DNA from: Carpediemonas membranifera BICM
Taxonomy: Eukaryota > Protista > Fornicata
Reading direction: 5' to 3'
DNA length: 64,000 nt
Assembly (NCBI GenBank): GCA_019828565.1
Contig: JAHDYR010000015.1
Coordinates: forward strand, 299,926-363,925
Position 1 is the stretch's first letter. Each line of letters opens with the position of its first letter. Position numbers and translations under genes: made by a program. Below the pieces are notes generated by a model that was not told where the DNA came from, did no database searches, and was given only the letters and a program-made list of their open reading frames with translations. This document shows, piece by piece, positions 1 through 11,542 of the stretch.

Positions 1-465
1 ATCGTCTAGGTGATACGGCACCGCGTACTGCAGGTCACCCACCACGAGTTCGTCGGACCCGTCGCAGGTGGGGGGCGGGATAGTGTAGTTGTGGATGCCA
101 GAGCCAGGGACCTCCGCACACCAGTAGCGGACGTGCAGAGGGAGCGCTGTGGTTGCCCGCTGGGTGGGAGATATGTGAAGGGCAACTGTCATGGGCTCGG
201 CGGCGCATTCCGGCAGCTCGATGTTGATGTCCGATGGGTCGCATGTTACAGCTACTGTTGCACCTGTTGCATTCATATCGGGAAGCCTTGGGTCGTGGGG
301 GTCGAGGAAGACGCCAGTTGGCAACGAGAAGTTGAGTTCGACTGGTTTGGCGAGGTCATATAGTTCAATTCTAAGGCTACGGTGAAATGAACTCCCCTCT
401 AGAGAAATGGCAACTTTTGAGCTCACAGCAAGAGCTACAAGGGCCAATATGAGGATCGTTTTCAT
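1..465 (-). CDS. PIG-X/PBN1-like GPI mannosyltransferase I subunit (3' end runs off the window; absent from ORF track)
   Basis: Open frame from ATG 465 to base 1: signal peptide MKTILILALVALAVSS, then FHRSL...LPTGVFLDP...INIELP...LPLHVRY...IPPP...VP, the motif order of PIG-X. Confidence 0.62.
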   Translation of the reverse strand, partial: MKTILILALVALAVSSKVAISLEGSSFHRSLRIELYDLAKPVELNFSLPTGVFLDPHDPRLPDMNATGATVAVTCDPSDINIELPECAAEPMTVALHISPTQRATTALPLHVRYWCAEVPGSGIHNYTIPPPTCDGSDELVVGDLQYAVPYHLDD

Positions 466-516
466 TCGCAGGATAAGCACCAACATCTGCCAAGCAGGGG
501 ACCAAAAACTCGTTTG

Positions 517-1932
517 ATGAACAGGTACAAGGTTCTCCGCATGCTAGGAGATGGAACATATGGTTCTGTCATACAGGCAGTGCATAAGCAAACCGGCCAA
601 ATTGTTTGTCCGCCCATTTGAACGATTCTCTCTCTTATACAGGTTGCCATCAAGAAGATGAAGAAAAAGTACTACATGTGGGAAGAATGCGTTAATTTAA
701 GGGAAGTGAAGAGCCTAATGAAGCTCCAGCACGTGAATATTGTCCGTCTCCTCGAGGTCATCCGTCAAGACGACTCGCTATACTTCGTCATGGAGTACGC
801 GGACGGCGGGAACATGTTCCAGGTCACTCAGAAACGGGACAAGTTCCTCCCCGAACATAAGATCCGAAACATGATTTTCCAGATCCTCCAGGGTCTTCAT
901 TTCATGCACGCCAACGGGTATTTCCACAGAGACATCAAGCCGGAGAACATCCTCATCAGCAACGACGTCCTCAAGATCGCCGACTTCGGTCTGGCCCGTG
1001 AGATCAGGTCCCGCCCGCCCTTCACTGAGTACGTCTCGACCCGATGGTACAGGGCCCCCGAGGTGCTGCTGCGGAGCCCCAAGTACTCCTCCCCCATCGA
1101 CATCTGGGCTGTGGGGACGATCATGGCTGAGCTGTACACCTTCAGACCACTGTTCCCGGGGAACTCGGAGGTAGACGAGATACACAAGATCGTGCAGGTT
1201 CTCGGGACCCCCACCGGATGGGATGACTGCTTCAGACTGTCCGCCAAGATGAACTTCAGGTTCCCGCAGGCCCAGCCCGCCGACCTGGAGAAAATGCTGG
1301 GGGCGGCCTCGCCCGAGGGCCTCGACCTGATCGAGAAGATGCTGGCGTACAACCCGACACTCCGACCCACCGCCATGCAGGCCCTGCAGCACCCCTTCTT
1401 CAGCATGCATGTGTCGCCGCTGAAGCAACCAAACCCAGTGCCGAGGCCCGTGCCCCAGCGCCCACCCGCCCACGGAGTCTCCTCTAAGTTTACTGAGGCG
1501 ATCCACTACACAACCCCGGGCCGCCACCAGCCCAGCGCCTCGGCAGCGAACACGGCGACTGGGGGTTCGACGAAGGGCATCGTTGCGGGCACCAAGCTTT
1601 CGTCCAACACACTCCAGGCGATCCAGCAGGCCAGAGCTACACTCGCCGCTGCCTCTGCCCGCAATAGCATGGTCGACCGGATGCGGGGGCTCGGAAGCCG
1701 GGTCACCCCCATCAAGGGTCTCGTGCCGGACTCCGAGGTCGAGAGCGTGGCCGGAACACGGCCCAAGCGGGCAGTTCACGAGAACGGGCACGGGCAGGAC
1801 GGGAACCCCGGGAATCAGGCCGCCAAGCCCGCTAGAGCGCCTGTGATTCACTCAAGGTCGAGCTCTCGGCTGGGGAGCCGGGGGGTGGTCGGGGATGGCA
1901 TCAGCGGGCGGGTGCTGCCCCCAATAGGCTAA
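517..1932 (+). CDS. MAK/ICK (RCK family) Ser/Thr kinase; intron 604-642
   Basis: Exon 1 [18 protein letters not shown]...TGQI splices (GTTTGT...TACAG, 39 nt) in frame to VAIKKM; [28 protein letters not shown]. Confidence 0.92.
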
Positions 1933-2109
1933 GTGTATTGTATTGTCACTATGATATCTCACGGTAAAGTCTTTTGTTGCAGGTGTACTGTGGTCATCCT
2001 CAGCGATTTGATCTTCCGGATATGGAGAAAGATACGGATGATTTTCTGGAACATGATTGTTTAGATAGAAATAGATACATAAATAGCGCCACAGTGCCCT
2101 CACCGGCGA

Positions 2110-2949
2110 TCACCACATAAACGTCTTCGTCACCTCAAACCCGCCCGGGGTCGTCGGGCTCATGCTCCTGCTACGGTGCCCACTTCCCTCCTTCTTCGGC
2201 GGCTGGTGTGTGTTCAGTCTGCTCAATGACCCTGCGGCCCTCAGTGGCCCCGCCCCGGTCGGGCTGGTGACTTCCGGGGACTCGCGGGCCCTGATAGGCT
2301 TGGGACGCTTGAGCTCGTCGTCGTTCTGCCTGTTTGCAACAAAGCTCCGGAGTCTCTCGGGCTCTCGAGCGGCGTACCCGTACTTGGGCGGGGTCCGCTG
2401 GGGCGTTTCCCGCACCTTGGAGTCGACCGAGGCCTGAGCAATCGTAAAGATCGCCGCAGTCGCCTTGGGCGTCTCTACTGGTGGTGTGAGGCGGTCCTCG
2501 CTCTCGTTACGCCTGAGCCCGGCCTGCGTGGGGGCATGATAAGTGGGGATGTCAGTTGTCGGCACCTCCTCGGGTGACGGGGAGCGGAGGGAGTTGGGCT
2601 TGATCGACCTCGACTCCTTAGATCGGTGTGGGGCTGGGAGCGGCGTTGGCGGGAGGGGTGCGGAGTAATGGGAGGAAACTTGCGCGCCCATGAGGCGGAT
2701 GTTGTCTATACGCGTCTTCACGCTATTCAGCAGCACTCGGAAGCGCATTTCAAGCTCTGACTCAGGAGGACGTTCGTGTATCTGCTCTTTGAGCGCTGAA
2801 CTCGCCTGAATTGCTGCGACGAAGTGTTCGCCCGCACTCTTGATCGAATCGCGCTTGTCTATGTACTCTTTGAGGTATCCAGTAGTAAATTCATGCGATG
2901 CTACCTCCCAGGATGGTTTAGTGGAGGTGTTTCTAGGAGATCGTGGCAT
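2110..2949 (-). CDS. Hypothetical protein, 279 aa; helical N-terminus, Pro/Ser-rich tail
   Basis: Long ATG-initiated ORF filling an otherwise empty gap; no recognised domain. Confidence 0.5.
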   Translation of the reverse strand: MPRSPRNTSTKPSWEVASHEFTTGYLKEYIDKRDSIKSAGEHFVAAIQASSALKEQIHERPPESELEMRFRVLLNSVKTRIDNIRLMGAQVSSHYSAPLPPTPLPAPHRSKESRSIKPNSLRSPSPEEVPTTDIPTYHAPTQAGLRRNESEDRLTPPVETPKATAAIFTIAQASVDSKVRETPQRTPPKYGYAAREPERLRSFVANRQNDDELKRPKPIRARESPEVTSPTGAGPLRAAGSLSRLNTHQPPKKEGSGHRSRSMSPTTPGGFEVTKTFMW

Positions 2950-3289
2950 CGTCGGCCGTTGAACTCCCAGAAGAAGTCAACGGTGAAACGAGCGGAGGGC
3001 CCCTGTCGAGTGAGGGTGCAAGAAGGACTCCCTTCCATGGTGTATCCGCACAGATGGATAGGGTGTGCGCGCTGGCCTTTTCGCTGAGCAGCAAGGGGTG
3101 GGGGACTAGCGGCTCGGACAAGCAGGGGTGGTCGGAGAAAGCTGAGCGGAAGGGAGATGAGGGCGCAGAGGCTGAGCCGCGACTGAGCAGTGTTTGGGCG
3201 TGTGGGGGTGGATTATCATTGCATGCACTTTAACCGACAATCATCACTGCGAACTCATGGAGGAGGACGCTTTTCACATTGCAGATATT

Positions 3290-4354
3290 ATGTCTGAGCA
3301 AGGCTCTCCGTTTCAGCCGCCTTCTCAGTTTCAAACAACGAAGAAACACCGCACATTCGTCAATCCGTGGGACCGCGTTCGTTTCTCCTGATTTTCTCAC
3401 ACAGATGGTGAAGTGGTTCGTCATCAGCAGAGCGCCAACGTTCTTCAAGGCCAGTACCCGCCCCATTTCCTCACACAGACCCGCGTGGACAAGGCCATTC
3501 ACTTTGCTCCCGGCTCCCCTCTGCCCACCACCCCCTTCACCCTCCAGAAGAAGAAGGACTTCCTCGCCGCCCCTGTGTCGTCCCTGTGGATCGGCCACGC
3601 CACAGTGTACTTCCAGATTAAGGGCCGGCTGATGATTACGGACCCCGTGATTGGCCGGGTTGGGGGAAAGTTTGGAATCAAGCGGTCAGCCCCGCCACCA
3701 ATCAAATCTTGGTCAGATCTCCCTGGGGTGGATACAGTGCTGATCTCACACGACCACATGGACCATCTGAACAAGGCCAGCGTCAAGGAGCTGAATGAGC
3801 ACTTCGAGCCGACGTTCGTGTGCGGAGAGGGTGTGGACAAGCTGCTTCATAAGTGGGGTGTGCCTGTGGACCGTATCCGCACATGCAGGTGGTGGGACCG
3901 TGTCGACGTCCGCGGCACATCAGTGACGTTTCTACCCGCCCAACACTGGAGCCAGCGCGGCATCCATGACCGGAACACCCGACTCTGGGGCGGGTTCTTA
4001 GTCGAGTGTGAGGGTAAGAAAGTTTTTTATACGGGCGATACGGGGTATAACTCTGATTTATTCAAAACGATCGGGACGCTCGGCCCCATGGACATGTCCC
4101 TCCTCCCCATCGGGTGCGGCCAGCCAGAGGAGCTTATGCGTTACCAGCACGTCAACCCGGCCGCGGCCCTGAAGATTCACGAAGACGTCCAGTCGAGGTG
4201 CACCGTCGCCGTCCACCACGGGACGTATCCGAGCGGCATGGCTGCGGAGACCTTGAAGAGCCCTGGAGAGGAGATGGCGGAGTTGGCCAGGCAGCAGGGT
4301 AAGGCCGACTGCGTTCGGGTCGGGAACGTCGGGCTGATGACCACGATTGATTGA
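3290..4354 (+). CDS. NAPE-PLD-like metallo-beta-lactamase-fold hydrolase; probable introns 3377-3404 and 3450-3478
   Basis: FVNPW, WIGHAT, TDP, ISHDHMDHL, PAQHWSQRG...LWGGF, FYTGDTGY, LPIG, HVNP, HHGT motifs. An in-frame TGA (3389-3391) must be removed by splicing. Confidence 0.85.
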
Positions 4355-5019
4355 GAATTGATGGTGACTCGAGCATCGTAAACACATTAGCGTTGACTAT
4401 GGTGTATTTATCTGCTTTCATCTCTTCGGGCGCCTGTTGCCCGATTAAGTTTGATGATCTCAACAATCTCATGAGCATGGAGCGTACAAGGACGGAATTC
4501 TGCATGCTATGCGTGGTTAGGAGTGAGCCAGGCCAGGATGGTCCTTTGCTTCAGTCACTGGCACGTTGAGACAATCAAAACTCAGTCAATTTTTGAGAAT
4601 TGTCCCTGTTTGACTTGGAATCATTCTGAAGAACCTCGCCCGTGTCCCTAGAGATGATAAGGGCCAATGATACGTAGCAATACCGCGCTCAGGCGAGCAG
4701 ATGTCATCATCAACTCGACCTTGACCGTAAGAATCGGTCAACCTGACTGCTACAAGGGTGAATTCGTCAAGTACTGTAGAATTTTACGGGAGACGCCGAC
4801 AATATCTCGAAACGAGAGGTCGAGATCATCCAAATTTTTCGAAATTTGGTTGAAGATGGAATGGAAGACAAGTCGACTCGGAACATCAGTTGCGGTCGAA
4901 AAGAGAGCGAACTTGGCATGGCAAAGACGGCCGTTGACCCTCGCCATTTCCGGCGGCAGTGACTGAGAACGACTTCAAAGTCCCAGAAGCGAGCGGTGAT
5001 TACTTGCTAACATATCATA

Positions 5020-6060
5020 ATGGGAGGAAGAGCGGTATATAAGTGCCGCTGCATGGTCTCAAGCGGGCCATCAGGACGATCAAATGGAGTTTGCGGTGCA
5101 GCTGGCATGGAAGAGTGTGGGATGCGTTTCCAAAGCAAAGGTTTGTCAGATTCTCCCCATTCTCATCCAGGAGCTCGCGATATACACGTAGAACAGGAGC
5201 ATGGCAAGGTTGTTTGCATCCATCAGTTTGTTCCCCCGAATTTTAGTCATACAGGTATTGCGGGAAGGGCTTCGACTCCTACGAAGAGATGATGGCCCAC
5301 ATGCGCAGCACAGACAACCATAAGCACCTCATCTGCCCCTTCTGCGGCGACTACGCGGCCCATCTCCCCAACGTGTTTGTCCCAACGCGCCCCCTCACCC
5401 AGACTAGTGCGGCACATCATCGCATACCACCCCGAGACCCTGTCGGCGGAGCAGAGGAAGAAGTACTGGTGTGACATATGCCAGCGTCCGATTTATGAGT
5501 TGTGCCGCCACTACGCGGCTCACCACCCCGAGATGGTCCCCCCCAACGCGAAGGGGCGGTTTTGGTGCGAGGAATGCGGGCGGATGTTCGAGAACCTGGG
5601 CCGCCACAAGAAGATGGTGCACCGCAAGGGGTTCCTGTGCCCAGTGCCGGACTGCACCTACCGATGCGGCCTCATCAGCCACATGAAGCAGCACCTGCTC
5701 CGGTCAGTCCACAACATCGACTCCAGGGCAGTCGAGAACTTTATACTGCAGCTCAGAGAGCAGCAGGCGGAGGAGTCGGGCGTGGCGGTGAAGCGGAACG
5801 TCCGGAGGCGCGACCTCGAGAACGACATCGCTTTGAGGGTGAAAACGGAGACCAAGACCATGACCCCGGAGATGGAGGAGGAAATGCGCCGTAATGAGGA
5901 GATGGCTGCCGAGATAGTTGCGGCCTTTGCTCTCGACCTCGCTGGGTTAGGAAGCGGGCCATTAGCTGCGGACCCGCCGCCCCAGCCCAGGTCCGCGTTA
6001 GACGTGCCGGCCCTGGACATGGGGCTGGTGGGCGTCAACGTGGGGCAGTCCCAGAGATAA
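5020..6060 (+). CDS. Multi-C2H2 zinc-finger protein; introns 5141-5170, 5226-5254, 5375-5402
   Basis: Three GTTTGT...CAG introns (30/29/28 nt) join three ORF fragments into about 6 fingers (e.g. CIHQYCGKGFDSYEEMMAHMRSTDNH; CPFCGD...LVRHIIAYH; CDICQR...RHYAAHH). Confidence 0.8.
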
Positions 6061-6116
6061 AGTGTACTCTAGAATCATGTGTGGGGATGAGAGATGACCA
6101 TGGCTGGAGTTGGAGT

Positions 6117-6269
6117 CAGACGCCGGCAATGGACGACAGACGAGCGCGTAACAGACGAGCACAGACGCGAAAGAAGACAGCAGCGTTCGACACAGACGAT
6201 GGACGACAGACGACGCATCATTTCGTGCAGACCGACGACTGAAAGCACGACAGACCGATGGTACAGACG
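6117..6269. repeat. Degenerate CAGAC(G) short-motif repeat tract
   Basis: About ten copies of (A)CAGAC(G) with irregular spacing in the intergenic gap. Confidence 0.55.
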
Positions 6270-6416
6270 AGGGCTGAAGTGGGTGAGTGGAGGTAGTGTG
6301 CTGCGCAGGATTAGAATTGTTGAGTCTTAACCACATGCAGGGTTACATAAACTGCACCTCAATCAATTGGTTGTCTTTCAAAGCAATCGAACTTTGAGGC
6401 CTCGACACTCCCACAA

Positions 6417-9108
6417 ATGGCAACAACCGAAAACGCACAGATGAACTACAGGTTGGACGAGAACGTCGTACCGACCAAGTACAAGGTCTTCTTCGACCCC
6501 AACTTCGAGACATTCGACATCCCCGGCACAGTTGAGATTGAGATCGATGTGAAGGAGCAGGCGACGGATTTACTTCGCCTCCATGCCCAAGAGATTACGA
6601 TCAACGAGGTGAAGATCGACAACCAGTCCGTTGACAACTACCACCTGGATGCCGCCGTCCAGATGCTCCTGATCCCTGTGAAGCTTTCTGAAGGCCAGCA
6701 CACTGTCTCTATCCGCTTCACGACCCGTATGCTGACTGAGCTGGCGGGGCTCTACCGCACGAAGGTCGACACTCCTGATGGCCGCAAGATGATGATGGGC
6801 TCCCAGATGGAGTCCACTGACGCGCGCCGTGCCTTCCCTTGCTTTGATGAGCCCGCACTCAAAGCGCGCTTCGACATCCAGACCACGCGGCCCAGCGACT
6901 ATGTCGCCATCGGCAACATGCCCATCGAGACCGAAGAGGAGAACGACGGCAAGGTCCTTGTGACATTCCAGCAGTCGCCCCCCATGTCAACCTACCTCGT
7001 CGCCCTCGTCGTCGGCCCGCTCGAATACGTCGAGGGTACCATTTCGAAGAAGTACGCCGAGGAGTCTAGCAGCGGGGGCGACCTCGTCACGGTGCGGGTC
7101 TACTGCCCCATCGGACAGAAGCATAAGGCCGAATTCGCCCTCGAGGAGTCCAAGGCCTGTCTCGCGGCGCTGCAGGAGGCGCTGAAGTTCGCCTACCCCC
7201 TCCCCAAGGTGGATATGGTCCCGCTGGACTCCTTCGCGGCCGGGGCCATGGAGAACTATGGCCTCATCACGTACCGTACGTCTCTCCTGATGACAGACGC
7301 CAGCACGCCATCCGCAGTCAAGGAGCGGGTGTCGGTCGTCATCGCCCACGAGCTGGCACACCAATGGTTCGGGAACAGTACGACAATGGTAAGAACTTTA
7401 CTCACTTTACTTTACTTAGGTCTGGTGGAACGACCTCTTCCTCAACGAGGGCTTCGCCACCCTTATGGAGTACTACGTGGTTGACGTCGTCCATCCCGAG
7501 TGGGACGTCTGGGCCCACTTCGACCCGTCCTGCATGCAGGGCGCCCTGGAGCTCGACGCACTCAAGTCGACCCACAGTATCAGGGTCGAGGTCAACACCG
7601 CGGATGACATTGAGCAGATATTCGACTTCATCTCGTACAACAAGGGCGGGTCCGTCCTCCGCATGCTCGCCACCCACCTCGGCTGGCCGAAGTTCCTCGA
7701 CGTTCTGCACGAGTACGTCAAGCGCTACGAGTACCAGGCCGTCCCTGTTGAGGGTCTGCTCGGTGTCCTCGAGGAGGTCGCAGGGAAGCCCGCCCGGGAC
7801 ATATTCGTGCCCTGGCTCGAGAAGGAGGGCTACCCTGTCATCTCGGTCGAGCATGTCGGCGCCACCCTCAAGCTCAGACAGAGCCGCTTCATGGCCAACG
7901 GGGATACCGCAAGCTGCACGTGGCCCGTGCCGCTGACCATCAGGACGGGCGAGACTGGGATGAAGATCGTGCTGGGCACGGCCGAGCAGACTGTCGACGT
8001 CCCCGAGGACGCCGTGTGTCTTGTGAACGCTGGCCACACCACCATGTGCCGCGTGCTGTACACCCAGGGCGCGTCCAAGTATCTCGCCCCCATCATCAAG
8101 GACCTGAGCGTAGGCGAGAAGTGCGGCCTCCTCAACGACACCCAGGCACTGTGCCAGGCGGGGGCGGCCTCCATCACTGACCTGCTCGACCTTATCCGCC
8201 TGCTGTCGGCGGGGGTCGAGGACTACGCCCTGCTCATCTCCCTCAACGGGGCCGTCAGCGTCATCGGAAAGCTGCTCCTCTTCGACCGGCAGGAAGAAGC
8301 CGATGTCCGAGCGGCCTTCGACCAGCTCCAGACCATGGTGGCCCGGGATACGTTCGAGAACCTGTCCCAGAGCCCGGTGGCCCCGGAGAGACACACTGAC
8401 TGCCAGCGCCTCGCACTGGCGGCCACGACGTATCTGAAGGTCACCAAGGACGCCGAGCTGATTGAGGACGTCCACAAGGCATTCAAGAACATTGTCGAGT
8501 GCATCGGGACTGATAAGACGCCCTCGATGGATGGCCTGAAGCGCCTCCCCAACGACGTCGCCAACCTCAAGGTGCCCGTGCTGTATGCCGCCGCTGCTCA
8601 GGCAAACGCGCCCGGGCAAAATGCCGAGGAGATATTCAACAAGCTGCTCGATGCAGCCGAGAAGGACCCCGGCGCCGACGGCACCGCCTGCCTCCGGGCT
8701 GCCGCAATCATCCAGGACCCCGCCGTGCTGCGTTCCATCTGCGGCACTGTGTTCGGGGAGGGCTCCCGGTTCCCGGTGTCGAACTGGCTCTACGTCTCCA
8801 GGACACTGCCCTACACCGTCGGCGGGCGGCACCTGTTCCTCGAGTATGTCCTGGACAACTGGGCCCGGCTCACCGAGCTGATGGGCGTGGGACTCAACAT
8901 GTTTGGCGACTTCCTCGACGACGCCATGTCCGCATTCAGTGCCGCGCCCGAGCTCGACAGCGTTCTGGAGAGGCTGGGCAAGATGACCATCCCCACCAAC
9001 TGTACCCGGCCGTACGAGCAGGCCAAGGAGGCGGCTGGGATCCGCCGTGCCTGGTGGGAGCGGGACCACACGGCAGCGTCGGAGTGGCTCAAGCAAAACA
9101 CTATGTAA
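6417..9108 (+). CDS. M1 family (puromycin-sensitive/alanyl) aminopeptidase; intron 7389-7419
   Basis: ARRAFPCFDEP, GAMENYGL, HELAHQWFGN. A 31-nt intron restores TTM|VWWNDLFLNEGFAT, which carries the third Zn ligand; SYNKGGSVLRML. Confidence 0.95.
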
Positions 9109-9376
9109 ATAATCGTGTAGAGACTATGTCTGCTGGGCGATAGCGTCTCACAGCACTTGTTTTGCCACGTGATGTCTGTGATTTTCTGTCTCCCGATCCG
9201 GAGACGATCTTCCCGGTAATGGAAGACTGCAGCAAAGGTTTAGAGGTCAGACCACAGCCGAATAGTGCACAGAAATGGCTAGAAACGGCATATGCCGCCT
9301 ACACGTTGGATGGCATAAGCTGCGCGCTTAGACTATTTTTGTCGTCCAGAACCTTAACGATTGAGGCGGACGATCG

Positions 9377-9712
9377 ATGTGGACATTTGTAGTGCAGATG
9401 CTGTTCCTTGCAGCTTTGCTGTGCCTTGCTGTTCTATTTGTGCTTTTCTTGTGCGCTGTTGTACTTTTTGCGATGGTCTTCAGCATTGTTGTGAAATTGC
9501 GAAAGTTACACCGGCCTGGAGGACGAGTTATCAAGTGCGTCCCCGAGTTTAATCCAGATGCTGTCAAGTATGCGCCAGCTCGCACTCTTTACGGCCCGCT
9601 ACCACCACCGAATGAAATATCGCTCTCGAATCGGTCCTACTACTCTGCTGTGCCCATGGTGCAGCCTGGTCCAGCGCACAGCTATGGACCGCCCATGCAG
9701 GCCTGGCGTTGA
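9377..9712 (+). CDS. Small single-pass membrane protein with Pro-rich tail
   Basis: Long hydrophobic N-terminal stretch, basic stop-transfer, then PPP-rich tail; start uncertain. Confidence 0.4.
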   Translation: MWTFVVQMLFLAALLCLAVLFVLFLCAVVLFAMVFSIVVKLRKLHRPGGRVIKCVPEFNPDAVKYAPARTLYGPLPPPNEISLSNRSYYSAVPMVQPGPAHSYGPPMQAWR

Positions 9713-10021
9713 TGTCGCCAGCCGCCTTTTCAACTGTACTGTACATAGCATTCTCATTTTATAAACTTTCGACTAGAGACTTGTTTATCGGGCCGTTTCT
9801 CGTCAAGCTCTTGATCAGCAGTTGTGGTTTGTAGTTTGATCGGCCAATTGTACAGGCGGAGGTTGACTTATGGCGCAGTTAATCAAAAGAGCTGCCTGAC
9901 CAGGAAGGCCAAGCGCTAGCACACAAGGCAGCCCCGGCCAGTGCTGCTGCTCACGGCGCCGAAACAGCTGACGTGACGTGACTCAACGACAGTCGAATTT
10001 TCACAACGAATTTTCGCCAAG

Positions 10022-11395
10022 ATGCTGCCATCCGAGAACCACAGCGTCAAGCAGGAGCCGATGCCGTTGGAGAGACTTGAACGTCTCCGCTCACTGATTG
10101 CGGACAAGCTCTACATGGTCTATGGCACGAAGAACAAGATGTTTCTTGCCCTCAAGCGCGAAGGCAACTCGCAGTACCACGTCTCCGCTCCAGAGTTCGC
10201 ATCATTACTCCGGACATCCGGACTTTTCGTCTCACGCACCGACGTGGACGAGCTGATCCAGAGATATGTTGACAAAAGGGTCGGGATCACGTTCGACGCA
10301 CTCGCCCGGCTGCTCGATGTCCCGCTGGACAAATACGCTGATCGCAAGCGCAAGGAGGCTGAAGCCACGACTGTGACGGAGCGGGCTCGACACGCGCTCC
10401 AGCTGACGAAGACCCGGCTGAACCTGAATAACCAGGTGCTGTTCCAGAGGCTGAACCACACGCACTCGCTATACTACCTTACAGCACACGACCTCGTCAG
10501 CGGACTCCAGAGATTTGGCCTGACACTGTCGGACCGAGACGCCGACGAGCTTGTCTCCCACCTCAAGGACAAGCGCCACAATTTCATCAGCTACAGCCGA
10601 TTCTGCCACTTCATAGACGGCCTTCCCTCCCCCGAGCCAACACCCGTGACGCCAGTGAAGCGGTCCCTGGAGCCGCCCGTCGAGGCAGCCGACCTTGTGC
10701 TGCCCTCCCGACCCCAGACGCCGGGCTATGGCGAGCACGTCCGGGTGGGAATGCGCGGTGTTCCCATCAGTGAGTCGCGTGTGACCAACGAGTTTCAGCT
10801 GGACCATATGCTCCGCATGATTCGCGGGAAGGTAGAGCAGTGCTTCAAGACACCAAGGGAGGCCTTCCTCAACTTCGACATCGCCCGCAACGGCGTACTA
10901 AGCCTTGACGAGCTCCGACTCGGTCTCGACCGACTTAACGTCAGCATGGGTACTGAGCAGCTGCGGGCCCTGCTTGAGCGGGCACGGGTGCTTGTCCAGA
11001 CGTCTACAGGCGAGGATGAGTTCATCAGTATGACGGACTTCACTGCTTTTATCGCAGAAACGGACGTTGACACAGCTGACCCGTATGCAGTGGCAGCGAC
11101 CATTCAGGGGCCGACGGAACACGAACACCTCGCCGCCCATATCGCATCGAAGCTGGATGCCAAGGGAATGAACATGGCGCAGCTCTTTGGCTGGTTTGAC
11201 ATTGATCGTAACGGCTACATTACGATGGACGAGTTCCGGCACATTCTTCCAAGATACCTTAATGTGCACCTGACAGAGCGGCAGCTGAGAGAGGTCGAGG
11301 ACCTGTTCCTAGCTGGGAAGAGCCGTAAGATCAGCTGGCAGGGCTTCGTGTCGTGGGTGGAGGCTGCGCGGGAAGCTTTCTACCAGGGGTTCTGA
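10022..11395 (+). CDS. EF-hand domain protein
   Basis: EF loops FDIARNGVLSLDEL and FDIDRNGYITMDEF plus degenerate EF pairs in the N-terminal half. Confidence 0.8.
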   Translation: MLPSENHSVKQEPMPLERLERLRSLIADKLYMVYGTKNKMFLALKREGNSQYHVSAPEFASLLRTSGLFVSRTDVDELIQRYVDKRVGITFDALARLLDVPLDKYADRKRKEAEATTVTERARHALQLTKTRLNLNNQVLFQRLNHTHSLYYLTAHDLVSGLQRFGLTLSDRDADELVSHLKDKRHNFISYSRFCHFIDGLPSPEPTPVTPVKRSLEPPVEAADLVLPSRPQTPGYGEHVRVGMRGVPISESRVTNEFQLDHMLRMIRGKVEQCFKTPREAFLNFDIARNGVLSLDELRLGLDRLNVSMGTEQLRALLERARVLVQTSTGEDEFISMTDFTAFIAETDVDTADPYAVAATIQGPTEHEHLAAHIASKLDAKGMNMAQLFGWFDIDRNGYITMDEFRHILPRYLNVHLTERQLREVEDLFLAGKSRKISWQGFVSWVEAAREAFYQGF

Positions 11396-11542
11396 GATTA
11401 GTGTACTTAAATAGCGTGCTGAGCGAGGGCTAGAACAGCCGGTGGTATCAGGGATGGCCGGTGTGAGCTCAACATCGCGCTTCCATGCCAGTGGTGGGCT
11501 TTTGTCTCTTGACTCCACTCGAGTCGAAATCCCCATATTCCG

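Noticed and set aside
3389-3391. Stop-codon readthrough, selenocysteine or alternative genetic code at the in-frame TGA
   Set aside because: The TGA lies inside a well-formed intron, and TGA, TAA and TAG all terminate conserved genes in this window.
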